Positions 26,892 to 39,667 of a DNA stretch of 64,000 bases are shown in pieces. Numbering within the stretch: the first letter of the stretch is position 1; each line of letters begins with the position of its first letter. The notes below the pieces were generated by a model that worked only from the letters and a program-made list of their open reading frames with translations, had not been told where the DNA came from and searched no databases. A program made the position numbers and the translations under genes. The stretch spans positions 22,196,001 to 22,260,000 of the forward strand of contig NC_043014.1 of NCBI RefSeq assembly GCF_006345805.1, given 5' to 3'. This DNA is from Octopus sinensis (lineage: Eukaryota).

Positions 26892-27608
26892 ATATATGTA
26901 CATATACATATATACATGTATGTACGTATGTATGTATGTATGTATGTATGTATGTATGTATGTATGTATGTGTGTATGTATGTATGTATGTATGTATGTA
27001 TGTATGTATGTATGTATGTATGTATGTATGTATGTATGTATGTGTGTATGTATGTATGTATGTATGCGTATACGTACGTATGTATGAATGTATATATCGC
27101 TTACATGCGCTCACGTGTGTGTGAGAGAGAAAGTGTTTGACCACGATGACCTAAAATAGCATATCGCCCTCTGTACTGCTATAAACTGAAGGCTATCAAG
27201 AAAATATTTTGTCGTAAAGATTGTCTCTCGTTGAGAGATTTACGAATAGAAATTTTGTTGTACTTCATACTAAAATTAGATACCCCATACCCCACCGCCT
27301 CTGCCATTAATAACTAAATCGCCAGTTCCCGGTAATATGCGTGAAATATTACAATTATAAAGTAACACAAAACTCACTGAATATTGAAGGCTAATTCCGT
27401 TGGTTATGCATTTAGTATTAGACAACTTATTGTCACTCGCAAATACACCCATATTCACAAATGCAACCATAAGAACGACTTATAATATAGAACTGTGTTC
27501 CCTAAATTTTTGCTGATTGTTTTTTATAAATGCTATTCGTGTATTTACTGATAGTGACGCGCCTCCAAATAATGTCTAGCACCCTCTCTCGTCAGTGCTG
27601 GAGGTTCC

Positions 27609-27654
<46 letters not shown>

Positions 27655-27858
27655 TTACATACATACGCGCGCGCACGCACATACACACATACATACGCAC
27701 ACGCGCACACACACAGTCCTTGTTTTTATTCTCTCAAGTGGCTCTGATGACTATTTCTTGGTGGCGCTTCCTCTTCAAACATCCGTTTTGTTTATATTCA
27801 CAAATGCATACTCTCATATTACGTCATTTACGCACACACATACTTATGGGAGCACACA

Positions 27859-27907
<49 letters not shown>

Positions 27908-28345
27908 ATTTACGCATGTATACACAGCGTCCATAAATGTTCGCTTTTCTCTGATTTTGGATGAGATATTCACTTTGCTTGAGTTATGACACAGCACTTA
28001 AGTGCCTAAGTATATTTTGTCAACGCGAAGAAATAACAACATTAGTGTACGAATAGTATATTACAGTGGCTTATTGGAGTTGTTAAGCTGGGCTCTAGAA
28101 ACGAAATCACAACTCCTTTCTGGGGCGTCATGAGATCATGTGATGACGACAAATGTGAAACTGGGTGCGACGATTTTACTAAGAGATAGAAACGAGATTC
28201 ACTACTTATATAACCCCCCCCCCAAATAATAATAAAAACAAGAACAAAACAAAGCAAAAACACAGGACATTGTATTATGAGTGAGCAGAAATACAGCTGA
28301 CAATGATGCTCAAAGATTCAACAATTATGTTGTATAAGTCCTCAC

Positions 28346-28421
28346 TTTCTTTGATCATATCCGCGAAAAAGTTTAACACAGGAGGCAATAACCTACGCGA
28401 AAATCGAAAAGTAATTTCATG
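28346..28421 (-). CDS. Candidate 76-nt exon (HEITFRFSRRLLPPVLNFFADMIKE)
   Basis: Acceptor cttacattatcctattcag and donor GTGAGG. Confidence 0.4.
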
Positions 28422-28655
28422 CTGAATAGGATAATGTAAGATAGTATATTGATTATAAACCACTACACACTCAGAATTCACTTTTATTTAAGAGAAATAA
28501 TCGGGTTGGGTTTGTTTTTTCTATTTTGTTTCTTTTTGTGTTTGTTTTTGCAATACACGGTGTGGGGCGGATTTTGTAAAGTGTCACTCCGTGAAAGGGA
28601 TGTCGGCCTGCCAAAGATTCAGAATTATCGGTATATCAGTTTCCTTCTCCCTTTC

Positions 28656-28825
28656 GTAAGAAGCTTGCTTCCCAAACACATAGTCCCGGGTTCAATCCCT
28701 CTGCGTGACACCTTCAGCAGGCATCTTCTTCTATAGCCTCAGGTCAACCAAAATCTTGTGAGTGGATTTTGTAGACAGAAACTGAAAGAAGCCCGTCACA
28801 TGTGTGTGTGTATGTATGTATGTAT
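28656..28825 (+). mobile_element. CORE-like SINE 5' half
   Basis: Matches head and core of the 22104-22518 family. Confidence 0.75.
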
Positions 28826-28844
28826 ACGGAGTTTTAAATCCTCA

Positions 28845-29350
28845 GTCGAGTTCCAGATTATCTTTGCAATTTCGGCTGGTTATACTCGGGATTGCTCCAA
28901 TCTGACCAGCCCCAAGGAAAAACAAAGCTAAGAGCATTAGATTCCTTGGAAGAAAGCAGCGAATGTATACGAAACCAAGGACGGAAAAAAAACGGAGAAT
29001 GTTACACAAATACAAATAACAGGACATAACAACAGGTGTCTTTCGACTAAGGACGAATTAAACTAAACTAGCGTGTGTGGAAGTAAAACCTTATGACAGG
29101 GATACAAGATTTCACAGGCACAGGGAGGAATGTAGGCGTTGCACGGACGGCGCCGAACCAAGAAAGAAAGGTCGGGCTTGGCTGAACACCGGTCACATGG
29201 GTAGAGAAGAGAGAGATGTAGAGGCATAGGGACAGAAGAAATGAGGGGCGAGAAAAAATGACAGTGACACAGTGAGGTGAAAAGAGGTGGGAAAGTGAGC
29301 ATGGAAATGTGAGAGAGGGGGAACGAAAGAACGAAGAGTGGAATGAACGA
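28845..29350 (+). mobile_element. Penelope-like terminal repeat, inverted relative to 24900-25530
   Basis: Aligns by eye (CAATTTCGGCTG..CCAGCCCCAAGGAA..GAATGTATACGAAAC). Confidence 0.6.
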
Positions 29351-29354
29351 AGTA

Positions 29355-29495
29355 AGCGTGAAAGGGCTGAGTTCAAATTGCGCCGAGGTCGACTTTGTCT
29401 TTCATCCTTTTGGGGTCGATATAATAAGTACCAGAAAAGCACTGGTGTCGATGTAATCGACTTACTCCTCCTCCGAATTTGTGGATGTTCTTCCG
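29355..29495 (+). mobile_element. tRNA SINE fragment (9277 family)
   Basis: GAGTTCAAATTGCGCCGAGGTCGACTTTG..TTTCATCCTTTTGGGGTCGAT. Confidence 0.8.
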
Positions 29496-29736
29496 AAATT
29501 CTAAATTTCTGTATTTGTGTGTGTGTGCGCGCACGCGTGCGTGTGAGCGCGGTCGCATGGCCTAATGTATGTGTATGTATATATGTATGCATATTTATAT
29601 ATATATATATATATGCATATATGCATATATGGATATTTATATATATATATATATATATGTAGGTCCCGGGTTGAGTCGGGGTTAACCACAGTAAATAAGG
29701 TACTCAATACATTGCAGAGTAAATTCCTTCTATAAA

Positions 29737-29785
<49 letters not shown>

Positions 29786-29837
29786 TACACACAGACATAC
29801 ATGCATGTATGTAACTACATAAGTAAATATATATTTC

Positions 29838-31876
29838 CTGATTGCAGGAAAGACTTGTAGACATCAGGATCTGTCCTCTTGATTTCAAGGTACAGCTTAA
29901 TGTTGTCTGCTTATTTCAATACTGTGGTATTCTTTAAATTGGCATCTATGTCATCAATGTATGCCACAAACAAGAGGGGACCAAGAACACCCGATGACAT
30001 CTCATATGGTGTAGAATGCTGTGCTAGAACTGTGACTACCTCCTTTCGGCTGAGAATGAAGGATTTCAACCAGTTAAAGAGTTCATCCCTCACACCCATT
30101 GCAGAGAGTTTCACCATAATCCTTTTGTGTGGCACAGAATTAAAAACCTTAGCAAAGTCAAGGTAGATAACATCCACCCATGAGCCACTGTCAGTGATCT
30201 GAGTAAAGTCCTCAAGGAACTCAACAAGCTGATCACTGCAGCTGGAGTTAGGGACAAATCCATATTGTGAGAGCTCCAGAAGTTCCAAAGTGTTTCTCTA
30301 ACACACGATTCCATCAGTTTTGCAATACAGCTAGTGAGACTGACTGGGCGATAGTTGACAGGTGATGTGCGGTCGCCCTTTTTGAACAGAGGAATGACAC
30401 TGGCGGTTTTCCACTGCTCCGGAGTAGCACCATTGTTGAGACAGTACTGGAAAAAATAGAAAACTGGTGTAAAAGGAAGTACCTGCCACGTTTGAGAATC
30501 AGGTATGTAACGCCATCAAGACCAGGGGAGGCATAGTTGCGCTTATTTTGAAGGTGACGTCGCAGCATTGCAGGTGTAAATTCCATAGTTGTTATGGAAT
30601 TTTCTGTTAGAGATGGTGAAGATGGTACATTTTGATTTTCAACAGTGAATATGCTTGCATAGCACTCGGCAATGAGTTCTGCGCATTCCTTGGGATCGTC
30701 AGTGATCTGGCTTGTGTGAGGGTTGCGAAGAGGGCCCACTGCAGAGTGAGGTCTCTGCTTCGAATGCACATATTTCCAGAAAACCTTGCTGTCAGGATTG
30801 GCTGCTATGCACTGTTCAAATTCAAGCACTGCTCTTTTTGTCACTTGCTTGAGATTGTTGGAAGATTTATTCTGCTTTTTCCTGTTGGTGTCTGATTTAT
30901 GCAACTTGTATTCCCGTTCAGCTGTCCGACGTTCCTTCTGGCAAGTCGTACCGCTGAAGTTTCCCAAATTGCACTTTTGGGTCGGTTCTTATTTTTCTGT
31001 TTACGTGGCACTGATGCTGCACATGCTGCCCATATTGAGTCCAGGATACTCTGGAGTATAGTATTCACATCTCCAGAGTTGTAGAATTCGCGCCAGTTTG
31101 GGTGCTGTAATTCAGTGTGGTACAGGTTCCAATCTGCTCTCTTCCAATCGAAGGAAGCAGATTGGAGATGGTTCAGGTTTTTGTTGTTGCCCGCAAGAGC
31201 CAGATTGGCGATGATCATAGCATGATCAGAGTCGCCTAGAGGTTCCTCCGTAGTACAATTGATAACCGCTTCAGGAGTTGTGGTGAAGAGCAGGTCCAAA
31301 GTGTTGTCGCCTCTTGTTGGAGAGGTGACTACTTGTGACCAGTTTGAGTCCAGTACAAGCTCAACGAAATCGTTTGCACCCTGTGGCCAATAGAAGGTTT
31401 CCAATTGATCTCAGAATGATTGAAGTCGCCTGCAATAAAAACATAAGTGGCTGTTTTCCTGGCAGCAGCTCGGAGGATATCGCAAAGCTGTGTGTCTTGA
31501 TGGTAATTTGGGGGACGATAAACAACGCCAAGCAGGAGTGTTGACATGGTCATACGTATGTCACAGAAAAAAACTTCTTCTTGTGATTCGTTCAAATCAG
31601 CACAAGGAATTACTGAAAAATTTGAACGAACGTAGATCATCACACTACCACCACGGTGGTTAATGCGGTCCTTGCAGAAAAGGTTGTACCCAGTAATGTT
31701 GAAAACCCCATCACAGAGTAAGGAATGTGCCCATGTTTCCGTGACTGATGAAGTCAGGGTCAATACTTCTGACGTAGGAGTTGAACAGATGTATTTTGTT
31801 GCATAAACTGCGAGCATTTAAGGACAGCAATTTGTACCCTGCTTGCAGTTTATGATGGTGTGTAGAGGATGGCAGG
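29838..31876 (-). mobile_element. CR1-clade LINE, inverted 5' part (APE endonuclease plus most of RT)
   Basis: LNARSLCNK, TETW, GVVYRPP, GDFNH, LDLLF, SDH, YLDFAKVFNSVPH, LGPLLFVAYIDD. Confidence 0.9.
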
Positions 31877-32674
31877 TACCACCATGCATTTTGGGAAAAA
31901 AAAACCCTGCGTCCACATACTCCCTCCACAACACTGATATCAAGAAATCCTCTTGCGAGCGTGACCTAGGCATCACTGTCAGCAGTGATTTACGTTGACA
32001 AAGCATATCTCTAAAATTTTCAAGAAGGCCGAGTGTGTCTTGGCATCATTCAGCAAGACTTTTGTTAGCCGCTCTCCAGCCATCTATTTAAAGCTGTATA
32101 CAGCTATGGTACGACCACACTTGGAATTCGCATCATCAGTTTGGAACCCCTATCTTGCTCAGAACATTGACCTCCTGGAATCTGTTCAGAGACGTGCAAC
32201 CAAACGCATACCCTCCATCAGACACCTACCATACTCTGGGCATGGATTCACTGAAGCTCCGGCGTCTGGCGATAGACTTGGTAAACACCCACAAAGTTAT
32301 CAACCACCTCACCAACAACAACACTGAACACCTTTTTGATCTCCATGTGTCCAACACACGTGGACATGCCTACAAAGTCAGAAAGCAGCACAGCTCCCAT
32401 GACTTTCGGAAACATTTTTTCACGCTCAGAGTTGCTGAAGCATGGAACAAACTGCCTGCGTCAGTTGTTGACTGCCATGACATTGCATCCTTTAAGGCCC
32501 TCATGCTTTCCGAAATCCGCCGAAACTACACTTTATTGTCCCCCTTCCATACTCATACACATATCTGTATGTCATGACTCATGCACTGTTCTTTTCCTGA
32601 CGCTTGTACATTACCCTATGTACTATACATACACTTTAGATGAGTTGTAGTGCACCTGAGCACTGTACACAATG

Positions 32675-32731
<57 letters not shown>
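31877..32731 (+). mobile_element. CR1-clade LINE, forward 3' part with (TTA)n tail
   Basis: MHFG..ERDLGITV, VRPHLEFASSVWNP, LESVQRRATK, TRGH..K, FFTLRV..WNKLP. Confidence 0.9.
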
Positions 32732-32734
<3 letters not shown>

Positions 32735-33306
32735 GTATAAGTGTGTGTATGCACACACGAGCATCTATATATGTATATGCGTGCATGTTTATGTATGTAT
32801 GTACATATATTTGTATATGTGTATGTGAGTGCGCGTACGTTATATATATGTGTGTGTGTGTGAGCGCGCGTTTGTGTGCGAGTGCGTGTATCTGTGTGTA
32901 TTTATATATATATAAATTGAGATAGGGGTTGCAAATTCAACCCTCCATGGGATAACATATATCCAATATGATATAGTGTATATTTATATTTATATCTATT
33001 TATATTTATTTATTTATATCCTCTTATAATGATTGTACCTATTGTATTATATTACTCATTCATGTACGCTGTTTTGTTATATATTTTTATGTTTAACCTT
33101 AATGTTCTTATGTAGTGGTTCAATAAAGTATGTGATTGGGTATCATCTGGTAGTTGATTAATGATTTAGATGTATTTCCCCATTTTCTGATATTATATAT
33201 ATATATATATATATCAATAATAATAAATGATAAAATTAATTAATCAATTAATAATTAATAATTTTACACAGTAGTTTTGTATGCTAAAAAACATTATCGG
33301 TAAACA

Positions 33307-33537
33307 TATACAAAAATTCTTTAATTATGAGCATAATTATAATTAAGGTTCAACAAAATTTGCTTCACCACATACCGAAATTTAGAAATAGCAGTTAAAA
33401 TACTATTCTGCTACCATAAGATATCTCCCAGACAGCAATAGTATTTTAACTGCTATTTCTAAATTTCGGTATGTAGTGAAATAAATTTTGCTGAACCCTA
33501 ATTATAATTATGCTCATAATTAAAGAATTTTTGTATA
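33307..33537. repeat. 101-bp inverted repeat, few mismatches, 29-nt loop
   Basis: Arms 33307-33407 and 33437-33537; right arm abuts (TACA)n. Confidence 0.9.
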
Positions 33538-33547
33538 CATACATACA

Positions 33548-33579
<32 letters not shown>

Positions 33580-33612
33580 CATATACATATATACACACAC
33601 ACACACACACAT

Positions 33613-33672
<60 letters not shown>

Positions 33673-33709
33673 ATATATATATATATATATATTAATAAAT
33701 GAAATAAAA

Positions 33710-34595
33710 CATATGCATATATATAAACATACATGTACGTACCTCCCTCTACATGTACATATACACGCATATATGAATACAGGACACCAAAGGGACGTCG
33801 AACACAAAGAGAAACGAAAACATAGACACAAACCAAAGGAACTGGACATTTTTTAAAAAACAACAAAAAATGGAGTACAGGACAATTAACACAACGAAAA
33901 AAACCCTTCTTCAGTCGCTAAGGTTTCATCTACTCTACGTTTCGAAGGATAAAAGCGAGACGTATCTTCGACAAGAAACTTTCCTTCCTGCGAAAAGCAA
34001 ATCAATTAAAATTCTGAGATCTTTTCGCAGAGGGGTAAAAAATGGTAAAAAAACAGGACAGTAACGACAGTACAAAAATATAAACAGTAAAAAAATAAAC
34101 AGTAAAAAAATATAAACAGTAAAAAAATATAACAGTAAAAGACAGGACAGGGAAAAACAAGATAAGAAGGGCTGTTGACGCCGAACGAAAAAAGTATTGC
34201 AAACGCAGAATTTTTTGTGAACGACAGGAGAGCAGGAAGAATGTCGTCCAGTTACCTTGAAGGCCAGGCCAAAAAGACAGTCAGGGCGGAAGTATCGTCG
34301 CGGGTGGACGACGGGAAGGGGGGAGGAGGAGCAAGAGGAAGGGAGAGAAGAAGGGGAATGGCTGCGAGGAGACCATGAAGAATCGTGAGGGGTAGAGAGA
34401 GAGTGAAGAATGAGGGAGAGAGGAAGAGACAAGTTAAGTGGGGGAAAAAGAAAATCAAAGAATAGGGATGGGACAGAAAGGTGAAGAGTGCGCGTGAGGG
34501 TTAATATCAAGACAAAAACTTGATATACAGACAATCTTACTTAAGAGGGTGCGTGCGTTTAGTCATATAATATATTAATAATGAAATAAAACATA
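33710..34595. mobile_element. (TA)n-flanked repeat with partial terminal direct repeat (Penelope-like)
   Basis: 33710-34060 homologous to 48407-48770; its start (TAAT(A)AATGAAATAAAACATAT) recurs at ~34575. Confidence 0.55.
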
Positions 34596-34617
34596 TAGTA
34601 TATATATATATATATAG

Positions 34618-34660
<43 letters not shown>

Positions 34661-35010
34661 CTATATTAGGCTATGTGTGTACACACACACGCACAAGCAT
34701 ACACACACGTACACATATATCCATTAGCTCCTGATATATATCCATTACGTTCCTGCTCTGTACAAAACAAATCACAAATTTGCACACAAAGTACATCCTC
34801 ATATACTATATATATATACATATATATATATATATAACGAAAAAATAGATATTAAAAATTGAAGATAATTTGATCGTACGAGAGGCATAGCTCTCACAGT
34901 GATAATTATCATTAAATGTACGGCACTAATTCGTTTTGGAGAGCATGTTTAAAAAAATTAATTTATATGCCTTAAAAACGGTTTTCTATGTAATCTATCT
35001 CAACTAGTAC

Positions 35011-35178
35011 CTAGTGAAATAGACTGGACTGAAGAGAAAGCAACTGTCATCACGCAGCACAACATAGTTCTTTCCATTTGGCAGGACCATGGAATATCTG
35101 GAATAATCGATCTGTGAAGTACAGCTGGTCGTTCGATCGACAACCTCCATATCATAAAAGTATTCGATCCGGGCTAAC
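35011..35178 (-). CDS. Candidate 168-nt exon (LARIEYFYDMEVV...LFSPVYFT), phase 2-2
   Basis: Acceptor cttagcttcag, donor AG|GTACTA, protein-like composition. Confidence 0.5.
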
Positions 35179-36007
35179 CTGAAGCTAAGTAACACTAACA
35201 ATATATTTGTTATTGTATGCTTTTCCACTCCTAGACAACTATATCAGGCCTACTGTGTACAATAAATAAAGATTTTTTAATGGGAATTTCAAATTAATAT
35301 TTCTGTTATTAAAATGTGTTTATGGACTCAATGTCTACAGTATTTATATGTTTATCTCAGGGCAATCCTTCTTACAAATTGTATTCAATATTGTTTTAGT
35401 TACAACACCATGGAATGTTAATACACCGGTGACATTTTGCTGTTGCAGCTGATTGCATGTATTGTCTTTACAAATAAGTGACATAGCTGACATTTTCGAC
35501 TGTATCCCAAGGATTTAAAGGCTTCACTAATTCTTTTGTTCAACAGGTATTCTCTACCTATCCTTTGCTGATTTCAAAAATATAATTTGCAACTCGTGAC
35601 ATCAAGAATCTACAAGAAGCTAAAGGCATAGCCTGCCAGTGTTGGCATCATTCTAAAGTTTAAGCTTTCAATACTCATACATAATTGTTGATGGTATGCA
35701 ATGTTATTTCTCCGTATTTTTATTAAGGTAAAACCGTACAGCATTATGAGGTTGCAGCAAATATCTTCCAGAAATAAATATTTTTTGAGAAGTTTACACC
35801 TGTTTTATAAAAGGTTTCCTTCGTTTCTGAGCCCTTGGTTCAACTACTCATTTTTGTTGCTGCTTATTACATGCTGTCTGAGTGATACTGCATGATACTT
35901 AAATACTGTCCAGCTTGATCTCAGGTCTTTTACCTCTGTCTTTGCTTCTGAGATGTCTGTATACATCAATATATCTGTGGATAATTCCAGTTGGTGTCAA
36001 CTCTTAC

Positions 36008-36058
36008 CGGTTTTAATATCAATAGAGCGAACTTCCTTTATGGTCCGGCCAAGTACCT
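36008..36058 (-). CDS. Candidate 51-nt exon (VLGRTIKEVRSIDIKT)
   Basis: ACTGAC branch-like site plus TAG acceptor; strong donor G|GTAAGA; only one frame open. Confidence 0.3.
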
Positions 36059-36191
36059 CTATAGTGATAGTCAGTTCTCACGCACAAAAAATGAATCGAA
36101 GCAAATGGACATTTTAAATCGTGGGTGTAATGTCCATTCATCCGTCCGTCCGTCCGTCTGTCTGTCTGTCTGTCTATCTATTATATATTCA

Positions 36192-36246
<55 letters not shown>

Positions 36247-36248
36247 TA

Positions 36249-36471
36249 TCTCTTATTATAAAAGGCAGATATTATCTGCCTCCCTTTGTATCTTATAGAA
36301 ATCTACAATATAGGATTTCTTCAATTACAATTTACCTAGCATTTTGAAGAGTAGAATGCATCGGGTCGTGCCAGGTCCAGTTTTTAAAATTTCAACCCCA
36401 ATTAAGCAAAATTTAGGGAAAACTCACATTGTGGTGTATAAGTCAAATGCATTTCTTAGTGTGGGTTACAG

Positions 36472-36503
<32 letters not shown>

Positions 36504-36845
36504 AAGGGAGCGATCTGATTCACTCACGCTATCACTCTCATTTCTACGACTTTCTCTTTGCAAGTCTACCTTACAACACTACTCAAAAAAAAAGCAGCAA
36601 ACAGAAACAAATAAATACATAACGATTTACTCCTCACACAATTTCTTCAATTAGACTTTACCTATGATTTTTCAAAGAACTTCCATTGGGTCATGCCATA
36701 CAAAATTTCTTTCAATTTCACCCTCAATTAAGACAAAATTCGAGAAAACTCAATATTTTAACATTTCACTTTGAAGCCTTTACTCTGCCTATTACTCCCA
36801 CTTCCTCTTTAGACACATAGACACGCTAATATATACGACTAAGCT

Positions 36846-36896
<51 letters not shown>

Positions 36897-38568
36897 ATGC
36901 GTGTGTGTGTATGTGTGTGTGTGTCTGTGTGTGTGTGTGCGTGTGTGTGAGGGTGCGTGTGTGTGTGTGTGTGTGTGACAGGGATGACCCATTCAGACTG
37001 GTCATCCTTTTTGCTAGAAGATCACCTATGCTACACCACTGGTTTTCAGTTCATATTAATCAAATTAATATTCACAAGAAGAAGGATTATTCATTATAAT
37101 ACATCAGTTCCATCAGACAACTGCACAAACATTTGCCATTTTACACATGTATGTAAACAAATTCCTTTCTTTTAGAATTTCAATTCATTTTCTTTTTCAA
37201 TTCATACAAAGTTATTTAGGACGAATATAACATCTAAAGTTATCTCTAAGAAGCAGAAAGATCGCCCAAAAGTGTATATAGATATTTAAATGTATTTATA
37301 TATTCATCTATACACACATGTATGTATAATGTGTGTGTATATATTTCCATAGAGGTAACCATTCACTCCGCACAAAGTTTTTTAGGACGAAAATAACATC
37401 TAAAGTTATCTCTAAGAAGCAGAAAGATCGCCCGAAAGTGTATATAGATATTTAAATGTATTTATATATTCATCTATACACACATGTATGTATAATGTGT
37501 GTATATATATTTCCATAGAGGTAACCATGCACTCCATACAAAGTTTTTTAGGACGAAAATAAGATCTAAAGTTAGCTCTAAGAAGCAGAAAGATCGTCCA
37601 AAAGTGTATATAGATATTTAAATGTATTTATATATTCATCTATACACACATGTATGTATAATGTGTGTATATATATTTCCATAGAGGTAACCATTCACTC
37701 CATACAAAGTTTTTTAGGACGAAAATCTTTATATATAAAAGAAAGGTTGTGTGTCTGTCTATTCCAATTTAGATTCCTAACTACTCCCACATTTTGCGAT
37801 GCAGTTTAACCAAAACCGAGTATCTTATAGTCGTGATTCATATCGAGCCCTTCTTGGTATTAGCGCGCGTCTACGATGAGTCTACGATTTTACAAATAAT
37901 TTACCATCATTTTTTCCCATTTTAATGCATTTTTAAAATTAAGGGAAGTAACTCTCAAACTTCACACCAATATGCGTGCTCATATGCGACGTAATATCAC
38001 ATCAGCAGCATTTCCTCACACCCTCATTGCACTTGGCGAAGGCAAAATACCAGGGGATGAAAATGGTAATATTGCCATCGATTCCATTTGTACCATTGTT
38101 AAGACGCCTTCTTATCTCAGAGATGCAGTGTTCCAAGATCTACAAGCTAATTATCAGAATATGGATTGGATTGGCAAAAAGGCTATACTGGCCCCAAGGA
38201 ATAAAACTGTTCACCATATTAATGATGAAATGCTAAAACTCATTCCTGGGGAAGTCTATGTATATCAGTCTATCGATACAACTCCTGACCCAGAGGACGT
38301 CATCAACTATCCAATAGAGGTACTCAATTCCTTTGAGCACCCCGGACTACCACCACCATTCTCAAACTTAAAGTTGGTGCCCCTATAATGCTCATCAGAA
38401 ATTTGGTTCCCCCAAAACAATGCAATGGCACACGTTTGATCGTTAAGTCCTTATCTCCCAGCGTAAACTTATATCAATATTTGCCTGAATAATCATCATC
38501 ATTCAGTGCAATCATTAACAGTACTTTCAAGTAATTCAGCCCCGAGCAACGCCGGGCAATTCTGCTAG
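36249..38568 (+). mobile_element. Helitron unit A (mosaic, helicase fragment 37955-38460)
   Basis: A|TC 5' end; CCCG..CGGG hairpin 38541-38556 plus CTAG 38565-38568; AILAPRN and NGTRL helicase motifs. Confidence 0.85.
37203..37725. repeat. 166-bp tandem repeat, about 3.1 copies, inside Helitron A
   Basis: Unit starts at 37203, 37369, 37535 and 37701. Confidence 0.95.
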
Positions 38569-39633
38569 TCTTATGATAAAAGGCAGATTTCCTCTGCCTC
38601 CCAAACTGTTCGTTTTTTATATAATTCTACAATATAGAATTTATTCAATTGGAATTTACCTATCATTTTTACAAGTAGATTCCATCGGGTCGTGGCCTGT
38701 AAAGTTTTTTCAATTTGACCCCCAATTAAGCAAAAATTCGAGAAAACTCGATATTTTACGATTTGCCTCTCTCATTTCAAGTGCTTCACTCCTTCCATTA
38801 CCACTACACTTTCTCCTCCTTTCTCTTTGCAAGTGTGCAACAATTAAAGTGAAAGTATTTATATAACAGGGATGAGCCATTAATACTGGTCATCCTTTTT
38901 GCAAGAGGAAGATCGGCTATGGTCTTATATGCTACACCACTGGTTTTCAGTTCATATTAATCAAATTAATATTCAATTTTTCACCCTTATTATGTGTGTG
39001 TGTGTGTGTGTGTGTGTGTTGTGTGTGTGTGTGTGTTAGCAATTCGTATAAAATTGCATCAATGACTTGAACTTGAATAAGTGGTTTCACATAAATGGGG
39101 ATAAATTAAAAAGGTTTGTTGTTATTATTATTACTGTTTGACTATTGTAATCACGTTTGTTGGTTCCTCGTCAGGGAAACGTTGTTGTGTTGCATTTGTT
39201 AAATAATTGTAAACCGTAACCCTCCCCCTTTCGGAGAAGGGGCTTTGGTTATTGTTTCAAAATTGAATTGTGTCCCTGTTTGGGGAAATTGACAATATTT
39301 TCACCGTCTTTACGGAAGCATTTTTGTTAAAATGCCTTCGATAGAAGAAAGTCCAAAAATGAATTTCGCTGCAGCCGTACACTTCTATACAAGATGGAGG
39401 ACAAGATCCAATTGATCGAAATTGCAAGAGACGGGCCTACAATTCCAGTCTGTTATATATTTTGAGTATTGTTATCACTAGCGATATCAAGATATAACTT
39501 TGTATTTTGTATTTTATGTGTAGATGTATATATATATAGATGTACATGTAATATGTACACATATATATATATACACATATATACATGCATAATATATCTA
39601 CCATACACACACACGCACACACACACACACACA

Positions 39634-39667
<34 letters not shown>

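Noticed and set aside
33905-33950. Minus-strand GAAAC..GTA..CTGAAGA as a type-II hammerhead (also ~48618-48660)
   Set aside because: Stem I cannot form and stem II competes with the core.
35280-35990. Additional exons in unique sequence
   Set aside because: Short open frames on both strands with no consistent splice signals or phase.
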